From NCBI GenBank assembly GCA_964016885.1, contig OZ024752.1:40238001-40302000 (forward strand): a stretch of 64,000 bases of DNA. Reading direction: 5' to 3'. Below the pieces are notes generated by a model, which made no database searches, had not been told where the DNA came from, and saw nothing but the letters and a program-made list of their open reading frames with translations. The position numbers and the translations under genes were made by a program. Source of the DNA: Eledone cirrhosa (Eukaryota). Position 1 is the first letter of the stretch. Every line of letters starts with the position of its first letter. Of this stretch, positions 51,701 through 58,535 are shown piece after piece.

Positions 51701-51760
51701 TAGAAGCGATGCAATCAGTCCAAATCCAAGGAAACTGAAGGAAAATCCTTCAATTGCCAT
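446..51760 (-). CDS. Large secreted or cell-surface helical-repeat glycoprotein, mesothelin/otoancorin/stereocilin-like; 32 coding exons in window, 3' end outside window
   Basis: Hand-spliced chain of 32 GT-AG exons with every phase compatible and no stops (about 4201 nt, 1400 codons). Signal peptide, many N-x-S/T sequons, and motifs such as LGDVKNWSAGNITHLGSLVTGIS, LLGKLACGID and QWSPEFLTSLGP that resemble otoancorin/stereocilin repeats. Family call is by motif recognition, not a database search. Confidence 0.85.
725..1112 (-). mobile_element. Two tandem Nin/Deu-like SINEs
   Basis: Both preceded by near-identical flanks CCTTCTCATTT(T/A)AAAATAATTG. Confidence 0.88.
1273..1631 (-). CDS. Exon 31, module 6A, split by the assembly gap (MSGTFEKWLK...LRYLACDL...)
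   Basis: 149 bp and phase 0-2 once the 10-bp overlap across the N gap is merged. Confidence 0.85.
1369..1568. other. Assembly gap (200 N)
   Basis: Run of N; both flanks carry CAAATTTATT. Confidence 1.
2057..2302 (-). mobile_element. Old RTE 3' fragment
   Basis: GRPRKTWREVV peptide and degenerate CAT tail; similar relic at about 27320-27630. Confidence 0.7.
2481..2791. mobile_element. Non-autonomous hAT (Charlie/Buster-type) element
   Basis: TIRs CAGTGCTTCTCAAA / TTTGAGTAGCACTG; 8-bp TSD CTATAGAT/CTATAGAA. Confidence 0.88.
2925..3004 (-). CDS. Exon 30, module 5C (QLNGNIFQMLKDW...IPLGD)
   Basis: 80 bp, phase 1-0. Confidence 0.85.
3330..3764 (-). mobile_element. Two tandem Nin/Deu-like SINEs (older and younger subfamily)
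   Basis: Similarity to the 19320 consensus. Confidence 0.85.
3856..4001 (-). CDS. Exon 29, module 5B (SLNTVENLK...C...LNSSSITLAD...)
   Basis: 146 bp, phase 2-1. Confidence 0.87.
4154..4272 (-). CDS. Exon 28, module 5A (IEDLIRMV...IVICVQQIDKSKL)
   Basis: 119 bp, phase 0-2 using the AG|GTACAA donor. Confidence 0.8.
4477..7089 (+). CDS. RTE LINE endonuclease/reverse transcriptase ORF (partial)
   Basis: 870 codons without a stop; the annotated start lies in flanking DNA and is not a real start. Confidence 0.9.
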   Translation: MFVLRGKHCDGFNRVHGGHGVGTRNEEGFRLLEFCDANDMSICNTNFKKPDNHLITYRSGEHSSQLDFILIRGRDRWTVVNTKAFPSEECTSQHSLVVSDLTVRTRRALKQRPTWRRKIWKLKVPSTSNRFKDILLNAYDSKEEQIETFNVEENWEFLKNNLLEATDEVCGWSKTSSRRRVTWWWNNKVDEAVKAKRQAWKEWKNGGSRVHYIETKREARRQVYLARREAEDRKFKHVLQREDQKQEVFKIARQCVRDSCDVIGEKCIRNDKGELALTSAEKKDAWKSHYDRLLNEENAWEEETLPHVDPIEGPAVQVSGSVVSKAIRDMKIGKATGPSGIAAEMLKASGSVGHTITTRIVNQVILEGAIPKDWCSSIIVNCYKGKGDALDRGNYRGIKLMDQVMKVTERVIAQLIRDRVNIDEMQFGFVPGKGTTDALFLVRQLQEKYLAKSKPLYLAFVDLEKAFDRVPRAVIWWALRKLGVDEWLVKAVQAMYRGAVSKVRIGNEYSEEFSVQVGVHQGSVLSPLLFIIVLQAITEEFKTGCPWELLYADDLALIAESMVELENKFQTWKQGLERKGLKVNMTKTKVLISRRENRTQIPSGKWPCSVCRKGVGRNSILCPKCKQWVHKRCSGISGSLIKNVGFTCSSCAETASKQPQETSTTNLWEGPVETVDSFCYLGDRISNGGGCSESTITRVRTGWKKFRELLPLLAAKGFSLRMKGRLYDACIRTAMLHGSETWALKVEDLRRLERNEACMLRWMCNSNIRERQSINELRERLSIRGIKCCVQERRLRWYGHVMRMKDDSCIKRCRALEVDGNRGVGRPKMTWDEVIKADLTQLHLSKSMTHDRDFWRHAVIQGTRPPMGTC
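4492..7393 (+). mobile_element. RTE-clade LINE (family 1), 5'-truncated, uninterrupted ORF, (GAT)n tail
   Basis: ORF 4477-7089 has the C-terminal part of an AP endonuclease (TYRSG..SQLDFIL..SQH), an RT domain (FVDLEKAFD, GVHQGSVLSP, YADD) and a C4HC3 PHD-like finger; followed by 3'UTR and GAT tail. Confidence 0.97.
7778..7821 (-). CDS. Exon 27, module 4C, shortened (SLLMPGMSNIPLSQ)
   Basis: 44 bp, phase 1-0, tttttccag/GTAAG. Confidence 0.75.
8538..9766 (-). repeat. tRNA-derived SINE with RTE tail whose internal 127-bp segment is amplified 8 times
   Basis: TTTCTACAGCTG recurs every 127 bp from 8611 to 9627; single-unit versions at 10093, 44789 and 49596. Confidence 0.95.
9880..10016 (-). CDS. 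Exon 26, module 4B (NVFTSKQKECTPKDQKEWL...)
   Basis: 137 bp, phase 2-1. Confidence 0.85.
10093..10432 (+). mobile_element. SINE with RTE tail, same family as 44789
   Basis: Near-identical to 44789-45124. Confidence 0.9.
10716..11866. repeat. 35-bp AT-rich minisatellite, about 31 copies
   Basis: Unit AAAACCTATTTAAATGAAACATGTAGTATTTAAAT, with occasional 3-bp deletions. Confidence 0.97.
11910..14585. repeat. 39-bp GAT/GGT-derived minisatellite, about 2.7 kb
   Basis: Unit GATGATGGTGGGGAAGTTGATGATGGTGA(T/A)GATGGT(A/C)GT. Confidence 0.97.
14658..14803 (-). CDS. Exon 25, module 4A (KNVMLKKL...KILCHINTT...)
   Basis: 146 bp, phase 0-2. Confidence 0.87.
14853..16207 (+). repeat. RTE family 2 3'UTR fragment with a 111-bp unit amplified 10 times
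   Basis: Matches about 35648-36008; ACAGTCC recurs every 111 bp from 14984 to 16094. Confidence 0.95.
17095..17180 (-). CDS. Exon 24, module 3C (IIKQITPLNLT...VFFQ)
   Basis: 86 bp, phase 1-0. Confidence 0.85.
17477..17619 (-). CDS. Exon 23, module 3B (KALDSLEK...CPAQKQKQWL...)
   Basis: 143 bp, phase 2-1. Confidence 0.88.
18180..18331 (-). CDS. Exon 22, module 3A (MDALFIKWFK...LGFLACGL...)
   Basis: 152 bp, phase 0-2. Confidence 0.88.
19320..19512 (+). mobile_element. Approx. 190-bp tRNA-derived SINE with Nin/Deu-like core and (ATT)n end (representative; more than 20 copies in window)
   Basis: B box GAGTTCAAATCCC and core GCCTTTCATCCTTACGGGGTCGATAAAATAAAGTACCAG. Other copies near 725, 925, 3330, 3570, 7445, 18568, 31535, 31950, 36375, 43480, 44400, 47678, 49143, 56007, 62895, 63036 and 63763. 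Confidence 0.9.
19717..19808 (-). CDS. Exon 21, module 2C (KPQISILRNLT...LPTTS)
   Basis: 92 bp, phase 1-0. Confidence 0.85.
20698..20843 (-). CDS. Exon 20, module 2B (AAVQLITESGLKC...LNSSSESLTD...)
   Basis: 146 bp, phase 2-1. Confidence 0.85.
21208..21615 (-). mobile_element. RTE family 1, 3' fragment
   Basis: Reverse complement matches about 6986-7393, including the CAT tail. Confidence 0.95.
21649..21794 (-). CDS. Exon 19, module 2A (SAVMMEKILP...AILCDIK...)
   Basis: 146 bp, phase 0-2. Confidence 0.85.
22131..22175 (+). ncRNA. Hammerhead-like motif
   Basis: AGTCA-CTGAAGA-G-GTCAC..GTGAC-GAAA-GGAC-TA-TGACT; perfect stems I and II, minimal stem III. Confidence 0.5.
22599..22790 (+). mobile_element. 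Nin/Deu-like SINE with long TSD
   Basis: ATTATTGACAATTGTAA on both sides. Confidence 0.9.
22823..22914 (-). CDS. Exon 18, module 1C (LLNKTTIQNLT...IPVIQ)
   Basis: 92 bp, phase 1-0. Confidence 0.88.
23251..23442 (+). mobile_element. Nin/Deu-like SINE with TSD
   Basis: ATTATTTCAGAATAA on both sides. Confidence 0.9.
23520..23662 (-). CDS. Exon 17, module 1B (EAIEAIG...CSIQQQRMWL...LGPMI)
   Basis: 143 bp, phase 2-1. Confidence 0.9.
24098..24243 (-). CDS. Exon 16, module 1A (LNILFESWL...LGKLACGID...)
   Basis: 146 bp, phase 0-2. Confidence 0.9.
24405..25108 (-). repeat. Five 137-bp tandem units of a truncated SINE plus its target-site duplication
   Basis: AAAGGATCCCCATTATAAT occurs 6 times, 137 bp apart, separating 5 SINE bodies. 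Confidence 0.95.
25675..25827 (-). CDS. Coding exon 15 (SLGDVKNWSAGNITHLGSLVTG...QPSQ)
   Basis: 153 bp, phase 0-0; clearest otoancorin/stereocilin-like motif. Confidence 0.9.
26435..26692. repeat. Long imperfect inverted repeat built from a third SINE-like family
   Basis: Arms about 26435-26552 and 26577-26692; a related copy with a tRNA-like head lies at about 26731-26910. Confidence 0.85.
26965..27161 (-). CDS. Coding exon 14 (TRPDTQAAPLNCKNIT...EQLNR)
   Basis: 197 bp, phase 1-0. Confidence 0.9.
28993..29158 (-). CDS. Coding exon 13, ends in furin-type site SRTKR
   Basis: 166 bp, phase 0-1. Confidence 0.85.
29446..29539 (-). CDS. Coding exon 12 (NKLPMMTEDDLKKVG...AIPK)
   Basis: 94 bp, phase 2-0. 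Confidence 0.83.
30474..30655 (-). CDS. Coding exon 11 (LVLKKKIELSELGNLL...LFNIY)
   Basis: 182 bp, phase 0-2. Confidence 0.87.
30768..30968 (-). mobile_element. 3' part of RTE-tailed SINE, truncated at TTTCTACAG next to (TA)n
   Basis: Matches one 127-bp unit plus tail. Confidence 0.85.
32379..32502 (-). CDS. Coding exon 10 (DLKKLNLPIEKKIHLC...KYCIK)
   Basis: 124 bp, phase 2-0. Confidence 0.85.
33685..33797 (-). CDS. Coding exon 9 (EKLLAKKIVQEK...LLKYTNT)
   Basis: 113 bp, phase 0-2. Confidence 0.85.
34091..36008 (+). mobile_element. RTE-clade LINE (family 2), 5'-truncated within RT, (GAT)n tail
   Basis: ORF 34081-35607 is homologous to family 1 (YADD, PHD-like finger) with a different 3'UTR; candidate TSD TATACA at 34085-34090 and 36009-36014. 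Confidence 0.95.
36948..37168. mobile_element. piggyBac-type MITE
   Basis: TTAA on both sides; TIRs CCCTTTAGCATTTA / TAAATGCTAAAGGG. Confidence 0.85.
37193..37712. repeat. 27-bp A-rich minisatellite, about 19 copies
   Basis: Unit AAAATAAACACAAAGAATAAATAAA(T/G)A. Confidence 0.95.
39303..39485 (-). CDS. Coding exon 8 (KIIVYKKCHEVL...VMSSRV)
   Basis: 183 bp, phase 0-0. Confidence 0.88.
40154..40297 (-). CDS. Coding exon 7 (ILNNQNATTLPNIT...NLTEVK)
   Basis: 144 bp, phase 0-0. Confidence 0.85.
40835..41011 (-). CDS. Coding exon 6 (SNQDINEMKMFLDDLP...KLLKE)
   Basis: 177 bp, phase 0-0. Confidence 0.85.
41317..41382 (+). ncRNA. Minimal hammerhead motif, paralog of 60823
   Basis: TATTTTAT-CTGATGA...GAAAT-ATGT-ATA-ATAAAATA; downstream sequence also shared with the 60823 copy. 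Confidence 0.55.
42540..42870 (-). mobile_element. Old RTE/BovB-like LINE 3' fragment
   Basis: Peptide LSKTILQGTVEGSQRRSRERK..FDNIKD. Confidence 0.7.
42932..42970 (-). CDS. Coding exon 5, 39-bp symmetric microexon (ARKTLLEAKKNNM)
   Basis: Phase 0-0, tacag/GTAAGT; weak pyrimidine tract and not required to keep frame. Confidence 0.6.
44058..44337 (-). mobile_element. SINE with RTE tail, 5'-truncated
   Basis: Reverse complement of the 44789 family. Confidence 0.9.
44789..45124 (+). mobile_element. Full-length tRNA-derived SINE with CORE/Meta-like body and RTE-derived 3' tail (representative copy)
   Basis: A box TGGCTTAGTGG, B box GAGTTCAATTC, core CCTTGAGCAAGACACTTT, tail shared with the RTE 3'UTR, GAT end. 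Confidence 0.9.
45484..45920. repeat. Degenerate (TA)n tract
   Basis: Almost pure A/T alternation. Confidence 0.95.
45921..46194. mobile_element. Fold-back RTE 3' end (palindrome, arms about 108 bp)
   Basis: 45921-46028 is the reverse complement of 46041-46148; GAT tail follows. Confidence 0.92.
46293..47227 (-). mobile_element. RTE family 1, 3' fragment
   Basis: Reverse complement closely matches about 6461-7393; embedded in (TA)n. Confidence 0.95.
48504..48591 (-). CDS. Coding exon 4 (LICFMEPLKRG...KADKQK)
   Basis: 88 bp, phase 2-0, ttttag/GTATG. Confidence 0.8.
48681..48864 (+). mobile_element. Nin/Deu-like SINE with 19-bp TSD
   Basis: ATTAATGGAGTAATAGATA at 48662 and 48863. Confidence 0.9.
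48882..49581 (+). mobile_element. Decayed CR1/L2-group LINE RT fragment, split by a SINE at 49143-49327
   Basis: Peptides LKYTDDIKLY..LQLDL..W..DWQLKL, RDLG/IIVNSDLRWTKHI and LETVQRRATK.IP. Confidence 0.8.
49596..49940 (+). mobile_element. SINE with RTE tail, full length
   Basis: Near-identical to 44789-45124. Confidence 0.9.
50016..50131 (-). CDS. Coding exon 3 (LKWDEINITCLLPTEFC...KLRP)
   Basis: 116 bp, phase 0-2, cag/GTAAG. Confidence 0.88.
50813..51042 (-). CDS. Coding exon 2 (DSTDVIDNDLL...RCEDTDIIP)
   Basis: 230 bp, phase 1-0, tag/GTAAG. Confidence 0.88.
51060..51500 (-). mobile_element. Two tandem Nin/Deu-like SINEs directly upstream of the exon 2 acceptor
   Basis: Both end in GCCCTGTCT followed by (AAT)n. 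Confidence 0.88.
51673..51760 (-). CDS. Coding exon 1, signal peptide MAIEGFSFSFLGFGLIASLLVLISNTTFV
   Basis: ATG at 51760, hydrophobic stretch, GTAAAG donor phase 1. An upstream tttttacag acceptor at 51939 implies a further non-coding 5' exon. Confidence 0.85.
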
Positions 51761-52071
51761 TTTGGCGTATGTCTCTTTAAAAACTTTTCATGCAATAAGG
51801 ACGAAAATGGCTTCAGTTTTCTTCAGAGTATTAGACTTCTGTGTATTTCAGCTATCTTTTGAAACCAACGGGAAATGATCGAATATTATAACCTATTGTA
51901 TTCTTTCGTACTTGTCAAAAGATATTCCTTCTGTATTCCTGTAAAAATATGGAACAAAAAATTTTATGTTGGCATGTTGAATATTTTTGCTGCCTCACTC
52001 TCTCTCTCAAACTGTCTTTCACTTGTCTTACTGATATTTAGAAAAATATGTAAGTATACGTATATATAAAT

Positions 52072-52241
52072 GGTGAAAGCGCATGGCTTAGCGGTTAGAG
52101 CATTGGGCTTGCAATCGAAAGGTTGTGAGTTCAATTCTCAGACCGGGTGATGTGTTGTTCCCTTGAGCAAGACACTTTATTTCACGTTGCTCCAGTTTAC
52201 TCAGCTGTAAAAATGAGATGATAAGACTGGGGTCTCTATCA
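52072..52241 (+). mobile_element. Head and core of the same SINE family, lacking the RTE tail
   Basis: A/B boxes and core present; similarity ends at GGGGTCTCTATCATT. Confidence 0.8.
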
Positions 52242-52741
52242 TTAAATTACCCAAGACACCTCCAACAAGATATACCTTGGAGGAGGCCAGCTAAACCTGC
52301 ATAGGTGTGAGCTGTCACACACACATATATAAATGCATATATGTATAACTGTATTATTAAAAAGTTTCTTTTGATTTCCCCGTGATTCTATGGTTGAATT
52401 CACTAGCCTGCACTTTAGCCAAGTTTCTTCTAACCTACCTTCAGATGAACCAGACTTCCGAGTAACATTTTGTAAAAGCAAACTTATATAATATATATAA
52501 CCAAAGTATCGTCTTCCTGTTTTCTTTCGGTTGCAAAGTTTTTCGAAATATTTACTTTTGCGTTCACAGTTTGATTTTTTTTTAGTTTCAGAAGATCCCG
52601 TTAAGGGTGAAAGCAGCGATTCTTTGCTTAAACTTTAATCTGTTATTCTAATAAATATTTGCTCTAGGGTTCTTATATATTTGATATATATTTATCCTTA
52701 TCGAGACCTCTTTTGATTTTAGTCTTCACATTTATTATTAT

Positions 52742-52789
<48 letters not shown>

Positions 52790-53021
52790 AGGTGTATTAT
52801 TGGTTGTCAAACGGTCCAATAAAAAATTTTGTTAGCAATATTAAGTTCTCCGCGGTTTTGTATATCTCCAATTCCATTTATGGGAACAGCTAGATGATGC
52901 AAAACGGAGTATTTGTATCAAAATAAAGATCCGAAGGCATGGTATAAATTTCCAATCATTTTAATCAGGACACATGTTTCAATAAGCGATAGAGAGACAT
53001 GGCAGAACTAATGGTAGCTCT

Positions 53022-53588
53022 ATGGATGAACGGACTCTTACACGTGCGGTGAGTCGGGTCACCCCAACTCCTGGGAATTTACCCATAGAGCACACAAGAA
53101 CTGAGACCCGACCCCAGAGGTACCGTGGTTCCTCTGGAACTACCTGGGCTGATAGCAGAAAATGTAATTGCAGGAACACTGCCACTTGCCCCTTGGCTGG
53201 GAAATGCCTCACCAAAAACATAGTCTACGACTGTAAGGTCTCCACTTTAGATAGAACCTTCAGGTATGTTGGGGCAACGGCCACTGAATTTAATGGTAGA
53301 TGGTATAATCACTGCCATACCTTTAATAGATTAGATAAAAGAAATAGCACGGCGCTTTCTGAATTAGTCTGGAAGCTTAAACAACAGAATATAGACCACT
53401 CCTTATCCTCGTCCATAATTTGCTCAGCCCAGCCGCATAACAGCAGCACTGGCGTTTGTAATTTGTGTATAGCTGAAACCTTTAATATTATTAGAGGCGG
53501 CCCCCTATTAATCAATAGGAGAGCAGACCTTTTCAGCAACTGCCAACATAGAACCTCGAAAACCTTCTGTAGGATTTTTGGAAAGTAA
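53022..53588 (+). pseudogene. PLE GIY-YIG endonuclease domain fragment (no RT)
   Basis: Motif pattern as above; RT absent upstream. Confidence 0.85.
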
Positions 53589-55000
53589 CCTACCACTAAC
53601 TCCTCCCTCTCTACCTTAGCCATAGAGTTCTCTCAATTAGCAAAAAAACAGACAATCACACACTCAGGTAGCTAGTCAGTGAAGATCGTTTGCGCACTTA
53701 CAAACGGTACTCGGCCTGTTTCCACAGAGTTCTCACAGCCGAGTGCACATTAGAATACCTAGTTAGTAAATAGTTAGAAAGATTACACACTCAGGTAAGA
53801 CCGCTTACGCGCATTCACCATTACTTTAGGACACCCTAACCACTGAGTTCTCTCGGTTAGGATATAGCTAGACGTATTACACACTCAGTTAAGACTAATT
53901 ACGCTATCTATACATAACTCTACACACAGTACCCGGTTTTCTTTAGACACTGAGTTCCCACAGTTATTACTGGTCACGTTCCTATCGATTGGATACTACA
54001 CTAGGTTTTGATCCGTAATCATCTAACCATGGAGTGCTCACGGTTACAGATTTGACAATAATACTTACACACCATTAATGGGCTTACACACACTCTCTGG
54101 GTTTTGCTATTATTTGTTATTTTATTTTGCCTTTTGTGTTGGATAACACACCTCCACCACTCAAACACCTATCTTAAAATCCCAAGGGCCCATATGACGG
54201 GAAATCGCACATACTGATACCTTAACCCAAGTACCCAACCCTACACAGAGCCCCTTGGTGGCCTACATAGCGGTTGCTTGCACACACAGATTTGGGGACT
54301 CAGATTCTCAATGGGACAACGGCACATACTGTGTTCGATATGAGCTGACTACTTGCTCTTCACAGAGATGTGCTTATACCTAAACATACACTCTTTTGGA
54401 CGTTACAGATGTATATATACCATAACATACACTATTTGGAGATACGGATGTTACAATTCAATCTATACACGTATAGCAGAACACTGAATTGAACATACTT
54501 GCGTGTGTATAGGGTTGCGGTTGACCCAATTTTTTCCAATTTACATCGTCAAATTGAGATTTGACCAATATAACATTTGTTGTTTTGTAAACTAACTTTC
54601 GGTGAATACTATGTTGGTATATTTGTATTTTTATTTTTTCTTTAACCTCGTGTCGGTGTGTGTGAGTGTGTGTGTGTACTCACTCACACTGTGACCGCCT
54701 ATAGTTCTACAGATTTGATGCTGTGTTGGTATGTGTATATATATTTTTTTCTTTGACCTCGCGTCATGTATATGTGAGTGTGTGTGTACCCACTCACATT
54801 AACTGTGACCGACTGTAATTCTACAGATTTGATTGATGTCCAGCGTCTTTTACAGCTATTGGGAGACTTGATAGTTTTATGACCCTAACTGAGGACGATA
54901 GCAGTCGCCGTGTTCTGACTGCTTGATCTTCATATGAGGGACTAAACTCTGTGAGTGAACATCGTTAATTTTCTCCCTAATATCAAGGATTTGAAGACGA

Positions 55001-55090
55001 TTCATTTTCACCTGACGAGATCAGTGATAATCGATCATGGCTACACGATCGATCTATCTCTTATTGAAACATGTGTCGTGATTAAAATGA
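55001..55090 (+). ncRNA. Type I hammerhead ribozyme in the PLE terminal repeat
   Basis: CTGACGA at 55012, long imperfect stem II, GAAAC-ATGT-GTC at 55066-55077, stem I TCATTTTCAC/GTG..AAAATGA. Confidence 0.75.
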
Positions 55091-55125
55091 TTGGAAATTT
55101 ATACCATGCCTTCGGATCTTTATTT

Positions 55126-55166
<41 letters not shown>

Positions 55167-55169
<3 letters not shown>

Positions 55170-56847
55170 GCAGACAGAAAAACAGTTACAAAAAGCAATA
55201 CATAACATTATACTTGAGTCAATTACGCAACAGAATGGTAGCCTGTTTGTTATCGATGCTCCGGGTGTAACTGGTAGAACCTTCTTGATAAACCTATTGT
55301 TGCTTAAAATCCGACAAGACAAAAAAAAATTGCTTTAGTGGTTGCTTCATCTAGTACTGCCACCGCACTTTTACCTGGAGGCGGGACAGCTCAATCTGCT
55401 TTCAAATTGGACTTGGGCTTCAGTTTGAATGAAATGTCCGTGTGTCATATAAAGGACGCTTGAGCTGCCCAAATATTGAAAAAAATTGTCGAAATTTTGC
55501 ACAGACTCGCATTGGAGACATTGGAAAGAACACTGAAATATATCTGGAACAGCACAACAATCATCTGAGGAATTACTGTCGTTTTATCTGGGGACTTCCG
55601 AGAAACTTGACCTCTGATATAAAAGGGCATTCGCGCTGATCGAATTTGAACACGCCTAAAATCGTCAACTTTATGGCCACGTATCACCAAACTCAAGAAC
55701 TAACATGAAGGCACAACTTCACGGGGACAACGTTTTGTAGAGTTTGCACGAACATTTATGAAACTTGGTGAAGGCAAAATATCTGTTAGATATTGTTTCT
55801 ACATTTGGCACAAGGCCAGCAATGATCCAGTGTATTACTGGTACTTTATTTTATCGACCCCGTAAGGATGAAAGGCAAAGTTAACCTCGGCGGGATTTGA
55901 ACTGAGTCCGTAAAGGAACGTAACTGTATTGCAAAACATGGCGTCCGACCCTCTACCGATACTGCCAACTGTTAGATATTGAAGGATGTTTTGATCCTTC
56001 ATTATTGGCGGTGGATTGACAGTATCGGTAGAGAGTCTGACAACATGCTTTGAAGCATAGAGTTACGTCCCTTTACGATCTGAGTTCAAATCCCGACGAG
56101 GTTAACTTTGCCTTTCATCCTTACGGGGTCGATAAAATAAAGTACCAGTAATGTACTGGGTAATTGCTGGCCTTGTGTCTAAAATAGAAACAATTATTTT
56201 GTATTGTTCCGGAAAGCGTTGATAGCTTAATTAATCAAGTGTCCCTCAATTTCGAAATCCGCCATTCCAACGAGGCGTGGCTGCGTGAAACAACAATCCT
56301 TGCCCACCAAACCATTACAATGAATTAACAAAAATCTCTCACAGATGTCCCCTTTCGTTTCAAACGATTGCAATTCCCAATGAGAGTCAGTTACGAAGGT
56401 CAAACACTGTAGGTTGTCGGTCCGAAGGTCAAACACTGTAGGTTGTCAGTCCGAAGGTCAAACACTGTAGGTTGTCGGTTTCCATCTAGTCCATCTAGAA
56501 CAGGGCTGTTTCTCACATGGTCAATTGTATGTAGGTTTTTCCAGAGTAGGAAGCCCTCTCAAACTCTACATATATGCTCCAAAGAAAAAAAGTAAAAGCA
56601 TAGTAAATACTGAAGTACTGTAAATGTTTTATAATTTTCGTAGAATACATTTAAAAAATTATTTTCTTTATTACTTTCTATATTTAGATATTCTAAATAA
56701 AATTTTAAAATGATGTTATGCAATATCTAAATACCTTATAAGATCTTTTATTTTAAGGAAAATGGGCCTTACGATAGATGCCAACAGGTGCCTTATGACT
56801 AGATATTAGCACAGTATAGACCGGGCCGAAGTCCGGGTGACCGCTAG
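55167..56847 (+). mobile_element. Decayed Helitron with PIF1-like helicase remnants and 3' hairpin plus CTAG
   Basis: Frameshifted peptides IDAPGVTGRTFLINLLL, VASS..A.ALLPGG.TA.SAFKL, LSGDFR, FKRLQFP, GQTL, CFSHGQLYV..SRV; hairpin CCGGGC-CGAA-GTCCGG then CTAG at 56844. Confidence 0.88.
55796..55968 (-). mobile_element. Nin/Deu-like SINE inserted in a Helitron
   Basis: TSD CTGTTAGATATTG at 55783 and 55969. Confidence 0.88.
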
Positions 56848-57117
56848 CGCGCGCACACACACATCACATCTCTCTCTATCTCTCTATATATACATAGAAA
56901 TATGTGTGTGTATGTACTATATCCACTTATATATATATATATATATATACATATATATATACACACACACATATATATATATACACACACATATACACAC
57001 ACACATAAATACAAATATACATCTTTCTTAAACAAGGCTCAGAATTAGGAAGATCACATTAGAGTACTTTAAAATAAAGTAACCCATATGCGTATTTTCC
57101 TAGAGGCAAAATTAACT

Positions 57118-57131
57118 CTGTGTGTGTGTGT

Positions 57132-57204
<73 letters not shown>
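57118..57204. repeat. (TG)n microsatellite
   Basis: Direct reading. Confidence 0.97.
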
Positions 57205-57206
<2 letters not shown>

Positions 57207-57378
57207 GAAGTAAGTAAATTTATTAAATTTCCGTTCATATTTCAAAATAATATAAAATAAATAAATTTACATACAAAGTTGAGAAAACTTTTCATTCACC
57301 TGTATATCTGTTATAATTGCGTATGATGGTCGTAACTCACCTGCTTACGGGACCAACCTGCTCCCTTCTTCTTCCTCT

Positions 57379-57414
<36 letters not shown>

Positions 57415-57746
57415 ATTTTTGTTTTTCTTTCCGCAATTACACCAGTGATGTTTCACTGTGTGATACGGATCAGTTGTCGGCAAATTATTTGGGTTTCTAT
57501 GTAAACAATTCGTTGCCGGAGAAGTATTCGAGGAGGATGTGTTTACGAACCCAGTGAAGCGTCACGAAGTATGACAAAGCAGACGATATTTCAAAAACAA
57601 AAAACAAAAAACAAAAAAACAAAAAAACAAAAAACAAAAAAAAAACAAAAAAACAAAAAACAAAAAACAAAAAACAAAAAAACACACACACATAAAAGGA
57701 TGGTAAGAGAGTCATGTGATAAACAGATGACACTTTTAAATGACAG

Positions 57747-57748
57747 GA

Positions 57749-57784
<36 letters not shown>

Positions 57785-57788
57785 AGGA

Positions 57789-57824
<36 letters not shown>

Positions 57825-57884
57825 AGGAAAGAAAGAAAGAAAGAAAGAAAGAAAGAAGGAAAGAAAGAAGGAAAGAAAGAAGGA

Positions 57885-57932
<48 letters not shown>

Positions 57933-57992
57933 AGGAAAGAAAGAAAGAAAGAAAGAAAGAAGGAAAGAAAGAAAGAAGGAAAGAAAGAAGGA

Positions 57993-58024
<32 letters not shown>

Positions 58025-58272
58025 AGGAAATAAAGAAAGAAAGAAGGAAAGAAAGAAAGAAAGAAAGAAAGAAAGAAGGAAAGAAAGAAGGAAGGAAAGA
58101 AAGAAAGAAAGAAAGAAAGAAGGAAAGAAAGTAAGAAAGAAAGAAAGAAAGAAGGAAAGAAAGAAAGAAAGAAAGAAAGAAGGAAAGAAAGAAGGAAAGA
58201 AAGAAAGAAGGAAAGAAAGAAAGAAAGAAAGAAAGAAAGAAGGAAAGAAAGAAAGAAGGAAAGAAAGAAGGA

Positions 58273-58327
<55 letters not shown>
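57747..58327. repeat. (GAAA/GGAA)n polypurine tract
   Basis: Direct reading. Confidence 0.97.
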
Positions 58328-58480
58328 CTGACGGGGGAAAAGGACGGAGAAATAGTTGGCAAAAAAACAATGAAACGTCTTAATAACCTACTCAAGCAAG
58401 AGAAATCAATCATATATAAAATCAACTATATACTAGATCGATGTATTTCGTGAGGAGTGTTTTTGAACGTGCGTATAAAT

Positions 58481-58492
58481 TGTGTGCGCGTG

Positions 58493-58535
<43 letters not shown>

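Larger units (their letters stand above)
52787..55130 (+). mobile_element. Penelope-like retroelement remnant with GIY-YIG endonuclease and inverted terminal repeat
   Basis: ORF 53022-53588 has CNC..CPL.GKCL..NIVY...YVG.T...F..R..NH...STALS..W.LK...CNLCIAE..N. 52916-52993 is an inverted copy of 55053-55130. Bounded by (TA)n on both sides. Confidence 0.88.
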
